A stretch of DNA of 64,000 nucleotides from Terriglobia bacterium. Lineage in GTDB: Bacteria > Acidobacteriota > Terriglobia > Bryobacterales > Bryobacteraceae. This document shows, in pieces, positions 58,024 through 64,000 of this stretch. The notes beneath the pieces were generated by a model, which worked only from the letters and a program-made list of their open reading frames with translations, searched no databases and was not told the origin of the DNA. Numbering within the stretch: the stretch's first letter is position 1; every line of letters begins with the position of its first letter. Made by a program: the position numbers and the translations under genes. The DNA is taken from contig CAVSXU010000004.1 in NCBI GenBank assembly GCA_963732025.1, forward strand, positions 145,528 through 209,527, read 5' to 3'.

Positions 58024-58803
58024 TCAATTCTCTGTTGGGACTCTTTCGATGTGATCGATCACGACTATCTCAAGCGGCGCCTTGCGCGGTTCCAGTTTGA
58101 GTCCTAATTGCTCCTGAATCGCAATCGATAGCTCCGGGAATTTCTGCGGCTCGGCGGACGTCGCCGCGTCTTCGGCCCAATCCAACTTCAGGTCGTAGAA
58201 CGCAGTCAGGCCGGTCATATCGAGCACCGGCTGGTCCATTCGCCTCCCCAGGAAATCCGCGAATCCTGCCATGTTGATGCACGTACCTTCGTAGTGCGTG
58301 TTCCGACTATTGCTGCTGTGCGAGTCGCTATCCGGCACTTCCTTGGCCTTGATCCCGCCCTTCATGACGACCAATCCGAATACCGGGAATGTCTTTTCAG
58401 TGCGGTGGGTCGCCAACTTGAATCGATCCTGCAGCATCTTCTGCATCATGGCCGTGAGCGCCGCAGCGTATTTTTCCCGGTCGTCAGGCAGCGCCTCGGG
58501 GAACTTCGCGATCACATCGAACCGCTCCGACGCGAGCCAGTCCGGCCCTTCCACCTGGTAATCCCTCAGGTCGTAGGCTCGTATGATCAGGTTCTTCAGG
58601 CTGACATTCGTGGCCGTCATGCGGCCGCGATCGGTATGGGTCCTGGAACTGTTGTTCGCAGCTTTGCTCGGTTTGACGGACACCACTTCGAATTCCTGCG
58701 CGAAAGCGGTGAACGCGCCCGCGATGAAGAGAGGACACACGAAGATGACTCGCATACATGCAATAGACGGATTCTCGAGCGTAAGGTTGGCCATTATCTT
58801 CAC
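58024..58803 (-). CDS. TIGR03435-family protein (soil-bacteria periplasmic protein)
   Basis: [10 protein letters not shown]...[12 protein letters not shown]...ERFDVIAK...[29 protein letters not shown]. Confidence 0.85.
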   Translation of the reverse strand: MKIMANLTLENPSIACMRVIFVCPLFIAGAFTAFAQEFEVVSVKPSKAANNSSRTHTDRGRMTATNVSLKNLIIRAYDLRDYQVEGPDWLASERFDVIAKFPEALPDDREKYAAALTAMMQKMLQDRFKLATHRTEKTFPVFGLVVMKGGIKAKEVPDSDSHSSNSRNTHYEGTCINMAGFADFLGRRMDQPVLDMTGLTAFYDLKLDWAEDAATSAEPQKFPELSIAIQEQLGLKLEPRKAPLEIVVIDHIERVPTEN

Positions 58804-58850
58804 TCCGCTCCCATGAGAGCGAATCGCATGCGTCTGTTAATCTTAAATAT

Positions 58851-59694
58851 ATGACGGCCCAAGGACCGCTCGACAACCTGGAACAGTGGGACGATTTCGT
58901 CCAGCAGCGTTACGACCCCAACAAGAAGACGGACGAGTTTCGCGATTACGAAAACACGACGCCGGGCGTGCGCGAGTTTTATCGCCTGAATCACACGCAT
59001 CAGACTCGCGATTTCGTGCTCCAGAAGCAGAAAGAATACGCGCCGCTGAACAAGCGCAAGATGGCGATTTGGGAAGCGCTCGAGTACCTGAATACGCTGG
59101 TCGACGATAGCGATCCCGACACGGACCTCAGCCAGATCGAGCACAATCTGCAAACCGCCGAGGCGATTCGTCGCGACGGTCATCCGGATTGGTTTCAGCT
59201 TGCCGGACTGGTTCACGATCTCGGCAAGGTGATGTGCCTATGGGGCGAACCGCAGTGGGCCGTGGTCGGCGACACGTTTCCGACGGGCTGCGCGTACTCG
59301 GACAAGATCGTGTTCCACGAATTCTTCGCGGCGAATCCGGATTCGACGAATCCGGCCTATCAGACCGCGAACGGGATTTACGAACAGGGCGGGGGACTCG
59401 ATCAGGTGGACATGTCGTGGGGACACGACGAGTATTTCTATCACATCGCCAAGCCGTATCTTGCCGGAGCCGGCGCTGTACATGATCCGCTATCACTCGT
59501 TTTATCCGGCGCATCGCGAGGGCGCGTACGATCACCTGATGAACGATCACGATCGCGAGATGTTCCAGTGGGTGAAGGCGTTCAATCCGTACGATCTGTA
59601 TTCGAAGAGCGCGGCGAAACCGGACGCGAAAGAGCTGCGCCCGTATTATCAGGGATTGATCGACCGCTATTTCCCGAAACAAGTGGCGTTTTGA
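58851..59694 (+). pseudogene. myo-inositol oxygenase, frameshift near 59465
   Basis: ...[25 protein letters not shown]...GLVHDLGKV...[15 protein letters not shown], then the frame of ORF 59461-59694 (...[17 protein letters not shown]...). Confidence 0.85.
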
Positions 59695-59720
59695 TCGTCC
59701 GAGTGAACGAAAGACTTTTA

Positions 59721-59800
59721 GCCACGAATTCACACGAATACACACGAATACGAAACCGAATTCTGATTCGTGTTCATTCGTGTTCATTCGTGGCCAAAGC
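59721..59800. repeat. palindromic CACGAAT-type REP element
   Basis: CCACGAATTCACACGAATACACACGAATACG...CGTGTTCATTCGTGTTCATTCGTGG. Confidence 0.75.
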
Positions 59801-59827
59801 GCCTTTGGCTTCGGCTCAAGGTGCAGC

Positions 59828-60637
59828 TTGAAGCGGATTCCTGGCCGGCATTTCCTCAAGAATCTGGTGGAGCGCAGGACTCTGGTCGCGCAACTCGTTC
59901 GCCGCGATTTCCAGCAGCGCTACGTTGGGTCGGCAGCAGGATGGCTGTGGGGTGCGATTCACCCGCTGGTGCTGCTCGCCAGCTACTACTTCGTTTTCCA
60001 GGTCTGCCTGAAGATGAAGCTGCCTGCCGGCGAAGTGACCAACAACTACCTGATGTACCTGTTCTGCGGATTCCTGCCGTGGCTGCTATTTCAGGATACG
60101 GTGGTGCGCTCGGCGGGTTCGCTGATCGACCATGCGAATCTGATCACGAAGACTGTGTTTCCGGCTGAAGTGGTGCCCGTCTCGATTTTCCTGTCGTCGT
60201 TGATTCATCACTTGATCGCGCTGGTGCTGGTGATCGCGATCGCTGCGATTTTTCTCAAGGCGGTGACGTTCAAGATCCTGCTGTTCCCGGTCTACATGTT
60301 TTTCATCGGACTGCTGGCGGTAGGCGTGGGATGGTTCGTGTCGAGTCTGCACGTCTATCTGCGCGATACCGCGCAGGTTCTTACCGTGGCCATGACGTTA
60401 TGGTTCTGGATGACGCCCATCATGATTACGCAGGGCCAGATCCCCAAGCCTTTCGACAAGCTGGTGCAATTGAATCCGATGTCGTGGATCGTGCACGGCT
60501 ATCGCTATCGTCTGTTGTCGCCGCTGTGGCCGTCGTGGGAAGAACTGGCGGTGCTGGCGGCGTATTCGTGCACGGTGTTCGTGCTCGGCGGCTTGTTTTT
60601 CCGGCACCTGAAGCGCGGATTCGCCGACGTGCTGTAG
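59828..60637 (+). CDS. ABC-2 type transporter permease (polysaccharide export, Wzm/TagG-like); start uncertain (59780 or TTG 59828)
   Basis: ...[25 protein letters not shown]...; six TM segments. Confidence 0.75.
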   Translation: MKRIPGRHFLKNLVERRTLVAQLVRRDFQQRYVGSAAGWLWGAIHPLVLLASYYFVFQVCLKMKLPAGEVTNNYLMYLFCGFLPWLLFQDTVVRSAGSLIDHANLITKTVFPAEVVPVSIFLSSLIHHLIALVLVIAIAAIFLKAVTFKILLFPVYMFFIGLLAVGVGWFVSSLHVYLRDTAQVLTVAMTLWFWMTPIMITQGQIPKPFDKLVQLNPMSWIVHGYRYRLLSPLWPSWEELAVLAAYSCTVFVLGGLFFRHLKRGFADVL

Positions 60638-60676
60638 TCGTCGGCAGTCGCAAACGGCGCTACAATAATGAAGCGC

Positions 60677-60754
60677 GCGCCCGTAGCTCAGTTTGGATAG
60701 AGCGCTTGCCTCCGGAGCAAGAGGTCGTAAGTTCGAATCTTACCGGGCGTACCA
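60677..60754 (+). tRNA. tRNA-Arg (anticodon CCG)
   Basis: GCGCCCGTAGCTCAGTTTGGATAGAGCGCTTGCCTCCGGAGCAAGAGGTCGTAAGTTCGAATCTTACCGGGCGTACCA; anticodon loop CUCCGGA. Confidence 0.9.
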
Positions 60755-60779
60755 TTTCCTTTGTGGCTTTGCGGTCAAC

Positions 60780-61031
60780 ATGAACGAGTTCGACCGGCTT
60801 CGTGAAATTATCGATACCTTGCCGCCGCAGCAAGTCCATGCCCTCCTAGCCCTTCTTTCTCGCCCTCAGCCCATCAGTAACGACGAGTTCGTGCGTGTTC
60901 TCGCGGATGCTCCAGATGAAGACATAGACGAGGAGACGATTGCCAGACTCCTCGCATCCGAAGCGGAACATGGCGAAACGATCTCTCACGACGAGCTAAA
61001 GCGGCGACTGGGCCTTTGCCAAGAGACCTAG
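60780..61031 (+). CDS. antitoxin-like small protein (RelB/Phd-type position)
   Basis: 83 aa, acidic, directly upstream of and overlapping the RelE/ParE-like gene. Confidence 0.5.
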   Translation: MNEFDRLREIIDTLPPQQVHALLALLSRPQPISNDEFVRVLADAPDEDIDEETIARLLASEAEHGETISHDELKRRLGLCQET

Positions 61032-61267
61032 TCTATCGACCGGCAGCGTAGCGCGAACTGAGTCGGATGGACAAAGCCGACGCTGCGCGCATCATTCGCG
61101 CGTTGGAAGCTTTCGCCGATTTCGGGCGCGGGCATGTCAAAGCGCTCAAGGGCGGAATGAAGGGTCAGTACCGTCTTCGAGTCGGCAAGTTGCGCGCGTT
61201 TTTCCGCTTGGAAGAACAAAATGGAATCGTCATCACCCACGTCGATAATCGCGGCCAAGCCTATTGA
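61016..61267 (+). pseudogene. RelE/ParE-family toxin with in-frame TAG at codon 12
   Basis: TTG 61016 MPRDLVYRPAA, TAG (61049-61051), then RELSRMDKADAARIIRALE...GQYRLRVGKLRAFFRLEEQNGIVITHVDNRGQAY. Confidence 0.6.
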
Positions 61268-61313
61268 TCGATAACTCGAAGCGCTCGCGCCATAGTTGTG
61301 ATAGCTTCTCCGT

Positions 61314-62207
61314 ATGCTGCTGCCGATCAGCCTGGCTAAGTTCGTCGTAGTTCTGTCGCTGATCCAATCCGACCCATCGCCAGCCGTTCCCCAGTGGCAG
61401 ATCGCGGCGGGAGGCAAGATGGCGTTCGAAGTCGCCTCCGTCAAACCGAGCCAGGGCGAGTTTCATCCGCCCAACTTTCCCTTGGACAACGGGGACGCTT
61501 ACGCGGCGACCGGTGGAAGGTTCTCCGCCGCCTTCGCGCTTCCGACCTATATTCAATTCGCCTATAAACATCGGTTCACGCAGGAGCAAATGCAAACGAT
61601 GCTCGCTCATCTTCCTAAATGGGTAGCGACCGATCGCTTCGACATTGAAGCGAAAGCTCCCGGCAATCCGACCAAGGACCAGATGCGTCTGATGATGCAA
61701 TCTCTACTGGCCGAACGCTTCCAGTTGGTAGTTCACTTTGAAACCCAAAGGGTCCCTGTGCTCGCGCTCACTCTGCTCAAGCCTGGCAAGACTGGGCCGA
61801 AGCTTCGTTCACATGCCGATGGTCCGCCGTGCGATGCGTCGCCACCGGCTGATACGTTTCCGCCTCGTTGCGATGTGTACGCAATGACGAGGAGGCCTGG
61901 CGGGGCGGCCAGACTCGGTTCGCGAAATACGACGATGGACTTGCTCGCATCGTTACTCCCATCGGAGGGGACACTGGGCCGGCCCGTGTTGAATCAAACG
62001 GGCCTCGACGGCCGTTTCGATTTCACACTCGAATGGACGCCGGAACCGAGTGGACCTTCTCCGTCCGACGGGGCGCCCCCGCTGGATCCCCAGGGGCCGA
62101 CGTTTCTGCAAGCGTTGCACGATCAGCTCGGATTGAAACTGGAATCGACAATTGGACCGGTACGGATCATGATCGTTGATCGTGTCGAGCGTCCTTCTGA
62201 GAATTAA
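61314..62207 (+). CDS. TIGR03435-family protein
   Basis: FEVASVKPS...YIQFAY...DRFDIEAKAP...DQLGLKLESTIGPVRIMIVDRVERPSEN. Confidence 0.85.
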   Translation: MLLPISLAKFVVVLSLIQSDPSPAVPQWQIAAGGKMAFEVASVKPSQGEFHPPNFPLDNGDAYAATGGRFSAAFALPTYIQFAYKHRFTQEQMQTMLAHLPKWVATDRFDIEAKAPGNPTKDQMRLMMQSLLAERFQLVVHFETQRVPVLALTLLKPGKTGPKLRSHADGPPCDASPPADTFPPRCDVYAMTRRPGGAARLGSRNTTMDLLASLLPSEGTLGRPVLNQTGLDGRFDFTLEWTPEPSGPSPSDGAPPLDPQGPTFLQALHDQLGLKLESTIGPVRIMIVDRVERPSEN

Positions 62208-62356
62208 CGTGGCGCGGGCCGCCAGGCCTGCAGAGCCGAGAGTCGTCTCGGCTTTTCCGCAGTGGAGCCGTTTGGCCCGAAGAGAAGAGCCGAAATGATC
62301 CTCGGCTCTCCATGCCTGGCGACCCGCGCCACCGACGATTGTGATAGCGTCTCTCT

Positions 62357-62764
62357 ATGTTGCTGCCGATCCTCTTGTTTCATGCGCTGGCTCAAGCGGG
62401 CGCGTCCAAGCCGACGTTGGACTACGCGTTCTTTCGCGATCGCGTGCAGCCGATCTTCCTGAACAAACGGCCGGGCCACGCGCGCTGCATCGCCTGTCAT
62501 GAAAACGGAACGCCGAAGTTGGAGGCGCTATCGCCCGGTGCGACCACTTGGAACGAAGAGCAATCGCGCAAAAATTTCGAAGCCTGGAAGATCGCTGTGG
62601 TGCCGGGGAGTCCCTTGACCAGCCCGCTGCTGGTTCATCCCTTGGCGAACGCTGCCGGCGGCGATCATTTTCATGCCGGCGGCAAGCACTGGAAATCGCA
62701 GAACGATCCGGAATGGCAGACATTAGCCGCGTGGGTTCGCGGCGATAAAGGCGGGGCCAAATGA
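62357..62764 (+). CDS. small secreted c-type cytochrome-like protein
   Basis: Signal peptide; single CIACH heme-binding motif. Confidence 0.55.
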   Translation: MLLPILLFHALAQAGASKPTLDYAFFRDRVQPIFLNKRPGHARCIACHENGTPKLEALSPGATTWNEEQSRKNFEAWKIAVVPGSPLTSPLLVHPLANAAGGDHFHAGGKHWKSQNDPEWQTLAAWVRGDKGGAK

Positions 62765-63786
62765 ATCGCTTCACAACGAATCGCTTAACGACGGTCTGGA
62801 TTTTCGGTTTCGCGTTGACGATGTGCGCGGCGGATAAGCCTCGCGTCCTGCAAACCAACGCAGCCGGAGATAACGTTCACGTGATCGACCCGGCCACCAA
62901 CAAGGTTGTCGGGGTGATCGAAGGAATCGAAGTGCCGCACGGCGTCGCGATCGCGCCGGACGGAAGCCGAATTTACGTCACCGATGAGCCGATGAAGACG
63001 CTGGACGTCGTCGATGCGAAGAGCCTCAAGGTGATCAAGCGGATTCCGCTCAGCGGCCATCCGAATAATCTCGACGTGTCGAAGGACGGCTCGCACGTCT
63101 ATGTTGCGATCGTGCAGGCGCCGGGCGCGGTCGATCTCATCGATACCGCGACGCTGACGAACGTGAAAACCATTCCGGTCACGGGCGGGATTCATAACGT
63201 CTACGTCACGCCCGACGGGAAATACGCCGTCGCGGGATCGATTCCGACGAGCACGATCAACGTGATCGACACTTCCAGTAACACCGTCGCGTGGACGCTC
63301 AAGATGAGCAGCGGGATCCGGCCGATGGCGTTCACGAAGAATCCCGACGGGTCGACGAAAGAGATCATCGTACAGCTCTCCAATTTCCACGGGTTCGCCG
63401 TCGTCGATTTCGCGACGCGCAAGGAGATCAACCGCGTCACGCTGCCCGATCCTCCCGGTCAGGAAAAAGAAATGCAGGGAATCCAGGGCGCGCCCGCGCA
63501 CGGCTTGGCGATTTCGGACGGCGGCAAGGTGCTGTGGGTCACCAGCAAATACTACGCTTACGTCGCGACCTACTCGCTGCCGGATTTGAAATTGCTGAAG
63601 GTGATTCCGGTGGGCAGCCATCCCGAATGGCTCACGATTCCGCCGGATGGCAAGAATATCTACGTCGCCACCGCGGGCGATGACGCGACGGTGGTGATCG
63701 ACATCAAGACGCAGAAAGTGGTCGCGAAAATTCCGGTGGGGTTCGTGCCCAAGCGCAACACCAGCGGAATGCTGCAGACCAACTGA
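62761..63786 (+). CDS. YVTN-family beta-propeller repeat protein
   Basis: Repeated ...P.G.A..PDG..vYVt......v.viD units; ATGA overlap with the cytochrome gene. Confidence 0.75.
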   Translation: MNRFTTNRLTTVWIFGFALTMCAADKPRVLQTNAAGDNVHVIDPATNKVVGVIEGIEVPHGVAIAPDGSRIYVTDEPMKTLDVVDAKSLKVIKRIPLSGHPNNLDVSKDGSHVYVAIVQAPGAVDLIDTATLTNVKTIPVTGGIHNVYVTPDGKYAVAGSIPTSTINVIDTSSNTVAWTLKMSSGIRPMAFTKNPDGSTKEIIVQLSNFHGFAVVDFATRKEINRVTLPDPPGQEKEMQGIQGAPAHGLAISDGGKVLWVTSKYYAYVATYSLPDLKLLKVIPVGSHPEWLTIPPDGKNIYVATAGDDATVVIDIKTQKVVAKIPVGFVPKRNTSGMLQTN

Positions 63787-63850
63787 TGAATGTGGGGCCG
63801 GAACTTCTGCCGGCAACCAGCCTTCAGGCTGGTTTCTTCACGTTGAACAG

Positions 63851-63958
63851 AGCCGCCTGAGATGAAAACAGGGACAGGCTACCCTGTCCCCTAGTGACCC
63901 GAGGCCACGAATGAATAAGATAACGGCGTGGACAGGGCGGCCTGTCCCTGTTTTCATC
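63851..63958. repeat. MITE-like inverted repeat (GGGACAGG type)
   Basis: GATGAAAACAGGGACAGG...CCTGTCCCTGTTTTCATC termini. Confidence 0.7.
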
Positions 63959-64000
63959 GACTGCAGGCCAAGCGGCCCGCGCCCCACATCACTTCGCGAA

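Overview
High-GC bacterial chromosome segment, most likely Acidobacteriota of the Solibacter/Bryobacter type. Evidence for that: TIGR03435-family proteins, a TIGR03436-like VWA protein, an NHL protein with a Soli_cterm-type tail, three PEP-CTERM proteins and dense REP/MITE-like palindromes. Main content: (1) ssrA (tmRNA, 2907-3264) is followed by a sharply bounded 12.9-kb integrated element with 29-bp att repeats at 3238-3266 and 16164-16192. It carries an integrase, a cI/Xis-like switch, a DnaB-N/AAA replication protein with an adjacent iteron array, two accessory genes, and a complete head and packaging module (TerS-like, GpA-type TerL, lambda-type portal, protease-capsid fusion, DUF2190). 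It has no tail or lysis genes, so it looks like a capsid-forming satellite. (2) A compact type III-A-like CRISPR-Cas effector operon lies at 32783-38117: a minimal HD-less cas10 with an intact GGDD, csm2 with a long low-complexity N-terminus, csm3, csm4 and csm5. I found no cas6, cas1/cas2, CARF-type effector or CRISPR array anywhere in the 64 kb, and the operon is bracketed and internally interrupted by REP-like hairpins. (3) Housekeeping and envelope genes: PBP1A, DPP-IV, S9 peptidase, deoA, cca, pheA, ubiX, fabH, MIOX, an ABC-2 permease and TPR proteins. (4) tRNA-Arg(CCG) with an adjacent RelB/RelE-like pair, and a BrnT/BrnA pair. About 15 host loci have broken reading frames, while all 16 ORFs of the island are intact. 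I cannot tell from sequence alone whether these breaks are assembly indels or real decay, so frameshifted genes are labelled pseudogene with that caveat. All functional calls rest on motif recognition by eye in the translated ORFs; no database search was run.
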